From NCBI GenBank assembly GCA_016711605.1, contig JADJSS010000004.1, forward strand, positions 130,320-194,319: a stretch of DNA of 64,000 nt, in the 5' to 3' direction. The notes under the pieces are model-generated. The model saw only the letters and a program-made list of their open reading frames with translations. It did no database searches and had not been told where the DNA came from. The position numbers and the translations under genes were made by a program. The DNA comes from Saprospirales bacterium (GTDB lineage Bacteria > Bacteroidota > Bacteroidia > Chitinophagales > JADIYW01). Positions 1 through 8,733 of the stretch are shown one piece after another. Within the stretch, counting starts at the first letter, position 1, and every line of letters starts with the position of its first letter.

Positions 1-2
1 AT

Positions 3-530
3 AATCGTCGAGATGCGCAGTATGAACTCTACAATTTGCTTTCAGGCAAAATGTTTGCTGTTTGTTTGCGTTATGCTAAAAATAGAGAAGCTGCAGAAGA
101 TTTATTGCAGGAAGGGTTTGTTAAGGTCTTTAATAATATTGAAAAATTTAGAAGTGAAGGTTCATTTGAAGGTTGGGTTCGAAGAATAATTGTGAATACA
201 GCAGTTGAACATTACAGAAAATCTACAAAGATGTATTCCATCGTTAATGTTGATGATATTAACATGGATATTCCTTGGATAGATACAGGTGATGATTTAC
301 AACTCGAAGATTTGACGAACATGATTAATAAACTTTCACCTGGTTACAAAACCATTTTTAATATGTATGTGGTTGAAGGTTATTCGCATAAAGAAATAGG
401 TGAGATGCTTGAAATCAATGAAGGAACTTCAAAATCGCAACTGGCAAGAGCAAGATATATATTGATGGAAATGGTTAAGAAATCAGAACATGTAAAAATA
501 GAAAACAAAATTGAAGCAATCGCAAAATAA
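3..530 (+). CDS. ECF-type sigma-70 family RNA polymerase sigma factor (5' end runs off the window)
   Basis: ORF 36..530 stays open back to base 3 (NRRDAQYELYNLL...). It has region 2 motifs (EDLLQEGFVKVF, FEGWVRRIIVNTAVEHYR) and a region 4 HTH (LSPGYKTIFNMYVVEGYSHKEIGEMLEINEGTSKSQLARAR). Confidence 0.9.
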   Translation, partial: NRRDAQYELYNLLSGKMFAVCLRYAKNREAAEDLLQEGFVKVFNNIEKFRSEGSFEGWVRRIIVNTAVEHYRKSTKMYSIVNVDDINMDIPWIDTGDDLQLEDLTNMINKLSPGYKTIFNMYVVEGYSHKEIGEMLEINEGTSKSQLARARYILMEMVKKSEHVKIENKIEAIAK

Positions 531-2316
531 AAATTTTGACCAATTTGTAAAAGGTAAACTCGAAAATGCGAGTGTGGAAGCGCCTGCGTTTATTTGGGAT
601 AAAATTGAGCGACAATTGCCACCTGTTTTACCTTGGTACAGTAAATACAAATATTTACTATTGTTGCTTTTATTGAGCTTTTTCTCTACAACGAGTGTAG
701 TTTCTTATAAATATTTTAAAGGTAAGAACGCTGAAAAATATGCTTTAAATAATTTAACGACAGAAAATAATATTAGTTCACCAAACGGAATATCATACAC
801 TTCAAATACAACAGATAATACCAACAATAGCAACAATACCAATAATACCAATAATGATAAGGTAGATAATATCCAGCAAAATACTTCATCTAGAATCGAA
901 GATCGTAACAATACAGATGCAGCTTCTGTGAGTGCATTTTATCAAAATCAAAAATCAGATAATTCATCAACAAAGAAATCCAAAACGGATGCCTCATCTA
1001 CTGCATTAGAAAAAAGAAACAAACGTATCAATAGATTTGAGATAAATAATAACCAAGTTTCAACGACTAACAATAAACAAACAAATACAAACAATAGTAC
1101 CAATTCTATTGAAGAAAATACAAATACAAACTCGCTTATAACTGGTGAAAATAAAACTAAGAATAAAATACAAAAAGTGAGTCGTAAGAAAGGCGTAGAT
1201 ATAAATAATAATAACAATACTGTTGACGATAAAGAAAATAATAAAACGAAAACACTTGCTTTTACGAATAGTACTTCTAAGAATAACCAAGATGTAACTG
1301 CAAACAAAGTAACTCCAAAAAACAGTTCAGGTAAAAAATCTAAACTCAAAAACAAAGAAATAACTTCTGGTTTAAATAATACATCAGACAATATATTAAG
1401 CAATTCAAAAAGCAATTCAACAAGCAATACAACAAGCAATTTATCAATTACGAATCAGAATTCAGATAACAATAATTCAACGGATATCTCGCCAATTGCA
1501 GAACCAGTTCGTTTGAAAGAATCAGAAGAGTTACTGGCATCAGCTACACCACTAAAATTAAATACTACACCATTAAAAAGTCGTGATGTTTTACGTTCAT
1601 TAATTGAACCAAATAAATTAGAAACATTAGATTTTAATGCTGCTGTTGGTGTGGAAGATTTAAATCCAAATAAAGAAAAAATGATGCGCAACTTAAAACA
1701 GTTTGCTGGTTATAATATTAATCAAGGATTTCATATTGGTGCATTAATTTCAATCAATAATATTTGGTTGTCGAACAAGAATTTTAGTAAAAGCGAAAAT
1801 ACATCAGATATTAAACCAAAAATTGATTTTGGCAAATCGTATGGCTTAAATATTGGCTATGATTACAACGATCATTGGGGAATTCAATTAGAAGCCCAAT
1901 ATTCAGAACAAGGTCAAAAATATACAGAATCTTCTGTGAGCATGAACGCTACAAAAGAAATAAATCTAAATTATCTGAAATTTCCGTTAATGGTAAAATA
2001 CAAACAAAGTTTTATCAATAATTACAACTCAAAACCAATTGTAATGAGTTTCTTGTTCGGACCACAAATGGGTTTTTTACTTCAAAAAGAAACTTTATTA
2101 AACAAACAATCTATACCGACTAATCAAGGATATAGCAAAGTAGAAACTGGTTTGGCTGCTGGTATCGATTTTGATTTGTATATGATGCGTTATATGTATT
2201 TAACTATAGGAGCGCGCACTGGTTTTGGAACCTCATTTAAAAAAGGTGTTCCTGTAAGTTACCAATTAGGAATTACCACACAGTTTAATTTCAGAGTTCC
2301 TAAGAAAATTAAATAA
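511..2316 (+). CDS. Sigma-partner-like membrane protein: anti-sigma-like N-terminus, Asn/Ser/Thr-rich linker, C-terminal outer-membrane beta-barrel-like domain
   Basis: The TTG start overlaps the sigma gene by 20 nt. The N-terminus KNFDQFVKGKLENASVEAPAFIWDKIERQL is followed by one TM helix (YLLLLLLLSFFSTTSVV). About 330 aa of N/S/T/K low complexity follow. The last ~200 aa show an alternating-hydrophobic beta-strand pattern ending QLGITTQFNFRV. Confidence 0.6.
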   Translation: MKQSQNKNFDQFVKGKLENASVEAPAFIWDKIERQLPPVLPWYSKYKYLLLLLLLSFFSTTSVVSYKYFKGKNAEKYALNNLTTENNISSPNGISYTSNTTDNTNNSNNTNNTNNDKVDNIQQNTSSRIEDRNNTDAASVSAFYQNQKSDNSSTKKSKTDASSTALEKRNKRINRFEINNNQVSTTNNKQTNTNNSTNSIEENTNTNSLITGENKTKNKIQKVSRKKGVDINNNNNTVDDKENNKTKTLAFTNSTSKNNQDVTANKVTPKNSSGKKSKLKNKEITSGLNNTSDNILSNSKSNSTSNTTSNLSITNQNSDNNNSTDISPIAEPVRLKESEELLASATPLKLNTTPLKSRDVLRSLIEPNKLETLDFNAAVGVEDLNPNKEKMMRNLKQFAGYNINQGFHIGALISINNIWLSNKNFSKSENTSDIKPKIDFGKSYGLNIGYDYNDHWGIQLEAQYSEQGQKYTESSVSMNATKEINLNYLKFPLMVKYKQSFINNYNSKPIVMSFLFGPQMGFLLQKETLLNKQSIPTNQGYSKVETGLAAGIDFDLYMMRYMYLTIGARTGFGTSFKKGVPVSYQLGITTQFNFRVPKKIK

Positions 2317-2331
2317 TATAATTTATTACTT

Positions 2332-2727
2332 TTATCTTACGTATACTAATAGAAAAATGGTTGTTAAATAAGACCATAGTATGGTAAAGAGAACGTGAAT
2401 AATTGTTTCAAAAGATTTTCCTTTCCATAATCTTGATGAGTAACCAATAAATTGGAATAACAATCTGAAACACCAAAAAATAAATAAACCAAGCGATATC
2501 TGTTTGCCTAGTTTTGTGTTGATTAAATCACTTGCACAAAAAATACACAACAAGCCATTTAATAAAATTAGTAATCCAATAAAGAAAGTATGAATGTACA
2601 TCATTTCTTTATTGATTAAACTAACTGATTTAAATTCTTCTTTCCAATTAAATTTCTTTGGAAAAGTTAAGTGAATCAACGATAACGCAATCAGTATAAA
2701 ACCAATGATTTTAAGTTGTAATTCCAT
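2332..2727 (-). CDS. Small polytopic membrane protein, unknown function
   Basis: 131-aa ORF with four hydrophobic helices. Its ATG (2725-2727) overlaps the stop (2711-2713) of the upstream methyltransferase reading frame by 17 nt, which implies an operon. Confidence 0.55.
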   Translation of the reverse strand: MELQLKIIGFILIALSLIHLTFPKKFNWKEEFKSVSLINKEMMYIHTFFIGLLILLNGLLCIFCASDLINTKLGKQISLGLFIFWCFRLLFQFIGYSSRLWKGKSFETIIHVLFTILWSYLTTIFLLVYVR

Positions 2728-3476
2728 TTTTTGTTAGAATAAATGTAGTGATGAATGGATTTAATTTGAATTCTTTTTGAATTGAAAGTGCTGATTGAGT
2801 AAATATTTTTTCCAGGTTTTATTTGCAAAAAAATGAAAATAACCAATAGTATAAGCAATAAAATTAGGTAAATCTCTTTGATGTTCCGTAACAATTATTT
2901 TGCCATTATCTTTCAATACATTTTTTAATTGCTTGAAAAATGATGTTCTTTCTACTTCGGTTCTAATTTCATGTGCCGCAAAATGAGAAAAATATAATCA
3001 ACACTATTTGCTTGTAATGAAATGTTATCAGTGCGAATGTTTATCGTATTTGGAAAAACTGGATATGCTTTTCTGGCTCTTTCAATAGAGATTTCAGTGT
3101 GTTTGCTGGCATCATAAAAATCTAAAACAATTAGGTTTTTATCTGGAAATTTATCTTGAAGAATTGAACTGGTTTCATCAAATCCAGCATTGATGTTTAC
3201 TATTGTTGTATTGTCCTTTATATTTAAAAAATCTAACCATTTTAATGTATACAAATCACTGTAATCATAAATATAATAAGATACTGACAAAGAAATAAAT
3301 GTAGTAATGATGGTAAATACGATTGCAGTATTTGCAATAAAACTCATATAAAATGGCAAATATTTTTTGGTGAAACTTAAAACTAAAACTATAAAAAAAG
3401 CGACTGCATAAAAATGCCAGTTAAACCGAATGATGTTGCCAACACCTTGAAATGCTCGTCTTTTCAGCTTTTCCAT
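2711..3476 (-). pseudogene. Membrane-anchored class I SAM-dependent methyltransferase, reading frame broken twice (pseudogene or sequencing error)
   Basis: ORF 2952..3476 has two N-terminal TM helices and then NINAGFDETS...LIVLDFYDA...SVDYIFLI, and stops early. The protein continues in a second frame (FAAHEIRTEVERTSFFKQLKNVLKDNGKIIVTEHQRDLPNFIAYTIGYFHFFANKTW) and a third frame (KIFTQSALSIQKEFKLNPFITTFILTKNGITT, stop at 2711). The shifts sit at homopolymer runs 2980-2983 and 2806-2811. Confidence 0.7.
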
Positions 3477-4204
3477 ATTTCAGTTTTTCCTTTTTTCCAA
3501 TAATATGGTATGTTTTCAATCATAAATGCATTTGCTAAAACAACATTTCTAAAATTAAATTGATTGATAAATCCGACTTTATTTTTTATGATTTCAATTG
3601 GCTTTGGAATCCAGTTTTCTCTTACACCTTCAATAATTAAAACTTCATTTTTTTCTTTGTTGTATGAAAATGTAAAAGGTAATGGTCCTGAAAAACGTCG
3701 TGCTTCTTTCCAATCTTTAAATGGTGAATTGACTGGTAAATTTACATTGTTGTTAGTTAAGTTTATTTCTATTTCTACATCAGATTTTTTTGATAAAATA
3801 GAAATTTTATTTTCATTTTTTTTAAAATCAATATCAGTAGTTGTGTATTTGTAATGTGTAAAGATATTACCTAAAACAGACATTCTGTTTTTATTCGTTT
3901 CAGATTGTAAGATATACAAACCACGTAATCGTTTGCCATCATTTGTTGTGTATCTCACAAAAATTCTACAACCAATTAAGTAGAAATCATTGCCTAAAAA
4001 TGCAGGAAATCCTTTTGGTCTAAGGTTTTTTGTATCGACTAAAGCAATAGCAATAAACGCATATTTATCATCAAAAGTATCCAATGTTAAACATTCAGGA
4101 ATTAAATGTTGTAATTCTTCTTTAGCAACAGCATAAGTTAATACAATAGAACTTTTAAAAAAAGTTTCTACAGCAAATGGATGATTTTTAAGTGTTGCTT
4201 TCAT
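3464..4204 (-). CDS. DUF2071-like protein (unknown function)
   Basis: 246-aa soluble beta-rich ORF. Its start overlaps the stop of the DoxX-like gene by 4 nt and its stop overlaps the methyltransferase start by 13 nt. The family assignment is from memory of DUF2071 length and sequence character and is not verified. Confidence 0.5.
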   Translation of the reverse strand: MKATLKNHPFAVETFFKSSIVLTYAVAKEELQHLIPECLTLDTFDDKYAFIAIALVDTKNLRPKGFPAFLGNDFYLIGCRIFVRYTTNDGKRLRGLYILQSETNKNRMSVLGNIFTHYKYTTTDIDFKKNENKISILSKKSDVEIEINLTNNNVNLPVNSPFKDWKEARRFSGPLPFTFSYNKEKNEVLIIEGVRENWIPKPIEIIKNKVGFINQFNFRNVVLANAFMIENIPYYWKKGKTEIWKS

Positions 4205-4533
4205 TTTTTAGAATGGCTATATGCATTTAAAATAAACTCATTATAGTAAACAACAAGTATAAATAAACTGGCAAAAACAAGATTGAGTTTGCCAAAAAGC
4301 AATAAGTCTTGTGCAAAATTATACTCAATAATATTCATAGTTGCCACCAAAATAATCTGAGTGATTGCACACCATCGAGATTTTATGTTACTCATAATCC
4401 ATATACAAATTAGTATTTCAGAAATGCCTATAAGTTTTGTTAGAAAAGGTGCGTACACAAAACCTAAAATTCTGCTTACAATCATTTCATGTCTTGGAAC
4501 TAAATGAAGTACTTTGCAAAATAAACCATTCAC
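4201..4533 (-). CDS. DoxX-like small membrane protein
   Basis: GTG-start ORF with 3-4 TM helices and a WLVNGLFCKVLHLVPRHEMIVSRILG-type N-terminal motif. The frame stays open upstream (..KILTTLIALVWLV) without a canonical start codon, so the N-terminus is uncertain. Confidence 0.5.
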   Translation of the reverse strand: MNGLFCKVLHLVPRHEMIVSRILGFVYAPFLTKLIGISEILICIWIMSNIKSRWCAITQIILVATMNIIEYNFAQDLLLFGKLNLVFASLFILVVYYNEFILNAYSHSKK

Positions 4534-4672
4534 AAGCCAAACGAGTGCTATTAAAGTAGTTAATATTTTATTTGAGTTTGTTTTGATAGATAAGTATTTA
4601 AGTCTATAATTGAATTTGAAAACTAAATTATGTTCATCTATATTTCAAATAAATCAAGGTTCAGACAATTTA

Positions 4673-5857
4673 TTATTCTTCATTCACCTCAATCTTTTGA
4701 GCTAAATAAATACAGATAATTCCAATGCCAACTGCAACATAACCAACAACATTGTAGTTGGATAAACGATGTGTCACTGCATCTTGTGATAAAATCATAC
4801 CACCAATTAAAGCTGCAGCACCTTCACTTAATTCTATAAAAGAAGAACGTATCACTAAAAATTTACCACGTTGTTCTTCTGTTGGCGCGCCTGTAATTAA
4901 AGTCATGGCAGCAATCATTCTACCACTATTAAAAATAAACATAAATGCACAAATAAACAATGCCAACATAATAGAAGCACTTTGCAAGTGTGATATCACC
5001 AAAATTGGAATAAAAGAAAATAAAATTAAAATTCTAAAAGATTTTAGTTTTCCCAAAGTATCAATAAACTTACCCATTCTGGGTGAAGTTAATGAAACAG
5101 AAATACCACCAACAATATACATCCACATCGTATCTTCTTCTTTAAAACCTAAATTATCTATCAAATATGGATTGATAAATGAGATGAACATAAAATGACC
5201 AAGCACTAATAAAAATGCAAACAATAATGCTTTTTGTAGGTTTCTGTTCTTTAAAATTTCAGTGATTTCGCTAAATGTTTTTGTTTCTTTATTGATGTGT
5301 CCTGTTAAACTTGGTAAAATATAATATGCTGGAATTAATGTAATAAATGATAAAATTCCAACCAATCTGAATGGCCAAAAAATATCAGAATGTTTGTAAA
5401 TAAAAATAGAAAATGGAATGCCAACAATGGAGGCAACGCCAAAACCTAAATTCAAAATTCCCATGGCTTTGCCGCGTCGTTCATAAGGTACAATATCACT
5501 AATAATAGCTGTTGAAACACCACCTAACAGTCCGCCAAATAAACCAGTGAAAAACCTTGAAAACAACATCAACTCAAAAGTTGTAGCAAAAGAACACAAT
5601 GTAGTTCCGACTGCAAACATGCCAAAGGCACCAATAAATACTACCTTTCTATCCAATTTATCGACGTACATGGATGCAGTAAATGAAGATAAAAAACCAG
5701 CCAAGGAAAACGCTGCAATCAATAAACTATATTGACGTGGTGTTATTTTATAGAGTTTCATAAATGCAGTGCCAAGTGGTAACATCAATAAAAAATCCAC
5801 AATGGCACAAAACCACATGAACGTAATTAAATATAATATCAGCTTTTCGTTTTTCAC
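4673..5857 (-). CDS. MFS transporter
   Basis: 394-aa ORF with about 12 hydrophobic helices and an MFS-type loop (VDKLDRKVV) after TM2. GTG start. Confidence 0.85.
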   Translation of the reverse strand: MKNEKLILYLITFMWFCAIVDFLLMLPLGTAFMKLYKITPRQYSLLIAAFSLAGFLSSFTASMYVDKLDRKVVFIGAFGMFAVGTTLCSFATTFELMLFSRFFTGLFGGLLGGVSTAIISDIVPYERRGKAMGILNLGFGVASIVGIPFSIFIYKHSDIFWPFRLVGILSFITLIPAYYILPSLTGHINKETKTFSEITEILKNRNLQKALLFAFLLVLGHFMFISFINPYLIDNLGFKEEDTMWMYIVGGISVSLTSPRMGKFIDTLGKLKSFRILILFSFIPILVISHLQSASIMLALFICAFMFIFNSGRMIAAMTLITGAPTEEQRGKFLVIRSSFIELSEGAAALIGGMILSQDAVTHRLSNYNVVGYVAVGIGIICIYLAQKIEVNEE

Positions 5858-5861
5858 AGTT

Positions 5862-5869
5862 CAAAGGTA
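5862..5869 (-). promoter_or_regulatory. Bacteroidota -7 box (TACCTTTG on the minus strand) 4 nt upstream of the MFS start codon
   Basis: The plus strand reads caaaggta. It matches the TAnnTTTG consensus known for Bacteroidota sigma-A promoters. Confidence 0.4.
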
Positions 5870-5883
5870 GTCAAGTATTTGCT

Positions 5884-5933
5884 AAACTTTAGAAAAGTTT
5901 GAATTCAATCGCAAAGTTACTTTTCTAAAGTTT
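5884..5933. repeat. REP-like palindromic element, copy 1
   Basis: 15-nt arms aaactttagaaaagt (5884-5898) and acttttctaaagttt (5919-5933) are exact reverse complements around a 20-nt spacer. A second copy lies at 29602-29649. Confidence 0.75.
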
Positions 5934-5946
5934 ACGATTTTATATG

Positions 5947-5954
5947 TACTTTTG
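5947..5954 (+). promoter_or_regulatory. Bacteroidota -7 box TACTTTTG upstream of the mqnE-like gene
   Basis: Exact TAnnTTTG match 32 nt upstream of ATG 5987. Confidence 0.5.
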
Positions 5955-5986
5955 AAACAACATTAACCAATAATTGTTTCTATAGT

Positions 5987-7174
5987 ATGATAACAACTAA
6001 AGATTCTATCGAAAGCATTTTGCAAAATTTAAACATCGATGCTTCACTTAAAAAAATAGCCGAAAAAGTATTGAAGAACGAGCGTATTTCATTTGATGAT
6101 GGTGTATTGTTATACGAAAAAGGTGAACTCGGTTTTGTTGGTACTTTGGCAAATTATATTCGTAACAAGAAGCATGGCGACAATACTTATTTCAATAGAA
6201 ATTTCCATGTGGAGCCAACTAATATTTGCGTCTATACGTGTAAGTTTTGTTCCTATTCAAAATTGATAAAACATCGCGAACAAGGTTGGGAATATTCTAT
6301 CGAAGATATCTTAAACATAATTAAAAAATATGACGGACAACCTGTAACCGAAGTACACATTACAGGTGGTGTGATTCCAAAACAGGATTTTAATTTTTAT
6401 GTCGATTTATTTAAAGCGATAAAAGTACATCGACCAGATTTACACATCAAAGCATTGACGCCTGTTGAATATCATTATATTTTGAAGAAAGCAAAAATGA
6501 CTTATGAAGAAGGAATGATCGCAATGAAAGCTGCTGGTTTGGATTCGATGCCTGGTGGTGGTGCCGAAATATTTCATGCAGACATTCGTGATGAAATTGC
6601 TGGTGGAAAATGCAGTGCGGAAGAATGGTTAGAAATTCACGAAATTGCACATAAAATTGGTTTGCCAAGTAATGCTACGATGTTGTACGGACATATTGAA
6701 ACCTTTGCGCATCGTGTAGATCACATGGAAAGATTGCGCCAGTTGCAAGACAGAACACATGGCTTCAATGCATTTATTCCGTTGAAGTTTCGCAACCAAC
6801 ATAACGAAATGAAACACTTGCCAGAAGCAACGATTACGGAAGATTTACGCAACTATGCAATCAGCAGAATTTATTTAGATAATTTCGAGCATATCAAATC
6901 TTATTGGGCAATGATTGGCAGAAATACCACACAATTAAGTTTAAATTTTGGTGTAGATGATGTGGATGGAACCATTGATGATACCACTAAAATTTACTCA
7001 ATGGCTGGCAGCGAAGAGCAACATCCTGGAATGACAACGCGCGAACTGGTAAACTTAATAAAAGCAGTCGGCAGAAAACCAATCGAACGTGATACCGTTT
7101 ACAATGTCATCAATGATTTCAGTAACACAGTTTTTGAAGAAGACGAAAAAGAAAAAGCTAGGTTGTATAATTAA
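5987..7174 (+). CDS. mqnE: Radical SAM menaquinone (futalosine pathway) enzyme, MqnE/MqnC family, most like aminofutalosine synthase MqnE
   Basis: It has the CxxxCxxC cluster motif (NICVYTCKFCSYS), GGGAEIF, and a C-terminal DDTTKIYSMAG motif. mqnA lies 3 kb downstream. Confidence 0.65.
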   Translation: MITTKDSIESILQNLNIDASLKKIAEKVLKNERISFDDGVLLYEKGELGFVGTLANYIRNKKHGDNTYFNRNFHVEPTNICVYTCKFCSYSKLIKHREQGWEYSIEDILNIIKKYDGQPVTEVHITGGVIPKQDFNFYVDLFKAIKVHRPDLHIKALTPVEYHYILKKAKMTYEEGMIAMKAAGLDSMPGGGAEIFHADIRDEIAGGKCSAEEWLEIHEIAHKIGLPSNATMLYGHIETFAHRVDHMERLRQLQDRTHGFNAFIPLKFRNQHNEMKHLPEATITEDLRNYAISRIYLDNFEHIKSYWAMIGRNTTQLSLNFGVDDVDGTIDDTTKIYSMAGSEEQHPGMTTRELVNLIKAVGRKPIERDTVYNVINDFSNTVFEEDEKEKARLYN

Positions 7175-7180
7175 TTAGCG

Positions 7181-7236
7181 AATTTGTTAATTTGAAAATT
7201 TGATAATGAGTCAATTTGAAAATAAATGAATCATAT
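7181..7236. repeat. 8-bp periodic microrepeat (aatttgNN x7, degenerate)
   Basis: Consecutive 8-mers: aatttgtt aatttgaa aatttgat aatgagtc aatttgaa aataaatg aatcatat. The array starts 7 nt after the mqnE-like stop codon. Confidence 0.6.
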
Positions 7237-7577
7237 AAAAGCATTAAAAATTGGCAATGGTTTTATATATTTTATTATTCTTTTAACCTTATTGTAGCTT
7301 ATTTTTCCAGATAGTATTAAGTGTTTGCTATGAAACTGGTAATAAATCATCTAATCAAAGATCATTCAAATAACTGATTTTGTGTACAGGTTCTTTGTTA
7401 ATTCTGATTTCGATTAAAAATATTAAATGCAAAAGATAATTATATAGATAGGATGTAGCATTTAATTTTGAATGATTATGAATGTTTAATTACATTTCTG
7501 CAAATCAAAATATTTCAAATTCTGAAAATAATCCAAATAATCCTAAAATTCAGTAAATCCTGATTCAGACATACTCA

Positions 7578-7607
7578 AATAAAAAATGCCTCACTTTCGT
7601 GAGGCAT
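7578..7607 (-). terminator. Rho-independent terminator of the cold-shock gene
   Basis: Stem atgcctcac (7586-7594), loop tttc, stem gtgaggcat (7599-7607). It is followed on the minus strand by a T-run. Confidence 0.8.
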
Positions 7608-7629
7608 GTAAAGTAATAGGTAACAAAAA

Positions 7630-7821
7630 CTATGCTATTTTAACATTTATCGCGTTTAAACCTTTTCTTCCTTCTTCCAGTTCAAACGTTACTTCGTCAT
7701 TTTCTCTGATTTTGTCAACCAGTCCGTTCATGTGAACGAAGTACTCTTTGTTTGATTCTGCGTCTTTAATAAAACCAAAACCTTTTGATTCGTTAAAGAA
7801 TTTTACAACTCCTGTATTCAT
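7630..7821 (-). CDS. Cold-shock protein (CspA family)
   Basis: MNTGVVKFFNESKGFGFIKD... with the KGFGFI RNP-1 motif. The start is placed at ATG 7821 because the longer ORF would read through the -7 box at 7841-7848. Confidence 0.9.
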   Translation of the reverse strand: MNTGVVKFFNESKGFGFIKDAESNKEYFVHMNGLVDKIRENDEVTFELEEGRKGLNAINVKIA

Positions 7822-7840
7822 TATAATTATTTTATTGATG

Positions 7841-7848
7841 CAAAGATA
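7841..7848 (-). promoter_or_regulatory. Bacteroidota -7 box (TATCTTTG on the minus strand) for the cold-shock gene
   Basis: The plus strand reads caaagata, 19 nt upstream of ATG 7821. Confidence 0.55.
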
Positions 7849-7992
7849 CACTTACTTATCGCTATTCAGTTATTTTTATTACTATTTGTTAATACCATAA
7901 CATATTCTTTACCAATAATATACAAAATCAGCATTTTTTCTATTTTAATCCGAGATAGTAGTTTTATTTTCGGCTTTGGAAATAATTTAGCA

Positions 7993-8649
7993 ATGCTACT
8001 TATACTTATGCAGCACAACTCACGGCTTACCACCAAAAATATTTACATTATTCGTCACGGACAAACGGATTTTAACGTTCGGCAAGTAGTGCAAGGTCGT
8101 GGTGTTAATTCTGATTTGAACGATGAAGGTATTCGACAAGCAAAATTATTTTTCAAGGCACATCAGGAAATTAAATTCGATGTGGTCTATACATCATCTC
8201 TAAAACGTACTTGGCAAACGGTTGACTCTTTCATTTCTAAAAAAATACCACATCTGGTTCGTCCGGAAATTGATGAAATTGATTGGGGAATTTTTGAAGG
8301 CGTGGAGCACCATCCGGATTTACAGAAAACCTACTACGATATTATCAACGAATGGAAAAACGGAAATTTAGAGATTAAAATTGAAGGCGGTGAAAGTGCG
8401 CAAGATTTAGCCGATAGATTATTGCCTTTTATTGAAGAATTAAAACAAACAAACGAACAAACCATATTAGTTTGCACACATGGAAGAACTTTACGCGTTT
8501 TAATTTGTTTATTATTGAAAAAAGATATTTCAAAAATGGATGAATTCGATCATCAAAATACTTGCTTATATCATCTAGAATTTGATGGTGAGAACTTCGC
8601 ATTAATTAAAGAAAACGATGTAGCACATTTAAATGATGTCATTACTTAA
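7993..8649 (+). CDS. Histidine phosphatase family protein (phosphoglycerate-mutase-like)
   Basis: It has the RHGQTDFN catalytic motif and a second His in CTHGRTLR. Alternative ATG at 8008. Confidence 0.8.
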   Translation: MLLILMQHNSRLTTKNIYIIRHGQTDFNVRQVVQGRGVNSDLNDEGIRQAKLFFKAHQEIKFDVVYTSSLKRTWQTVDSFISKKIPHLVRPEIDEIDWGIFEGVEHHPDLQKTYYDIINEWKNGNLEIKIEGGESAQDLADRLLPFIEELKQTNEQTILVCTHGRTLRVLICLLLKKDISKMDEFDHQNTCLYHLEFDGENFALIKENDVAHLNDVIT

Positions 8650-8668
8650 TTTTAAAAGAAACGAGTAC

Positions 8669-8705
8669 AAAAAAAACGTCTTGGATTTCCAAGACGTTTT
8701 TTTTA
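8669..8705. terminator. Bidirectional rho-independent terminator between convergent genes
   Basis: Stem acgtcttgga (8676-8685) pairs with tccaagacgt (8688-8697). An A-run lies upstream and a T-run downstream. Confidence 0.8.
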
Positions 8706-8733
8706 TTGTAACTATGTTTACAAAGTTAGCATA

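Noticed and set aside
705-1691. Antisense ORFs (705..911, 948..1439, 1060..1290, 1455..1691) opposite the sigma-partner gene
   Set aside because: They are shadows of the Asn/Ser/Thr-rich low-complexity coding region (AAT/AAC-rich codons give open Leu/Val/Phe frames on the other strand). The sense-strand gene is continuous, with signal and TM logic.
7226-7297. 23-codon hydrophobic ORF (MNHIKALKIGNGFIYFIILLTLL) in the long intergenic region
   Set aside because: It is too short and AT-rich to distinguish from chance and it overlaps the 8-mer array. It is mentioned only as a possibility inside the related finding.
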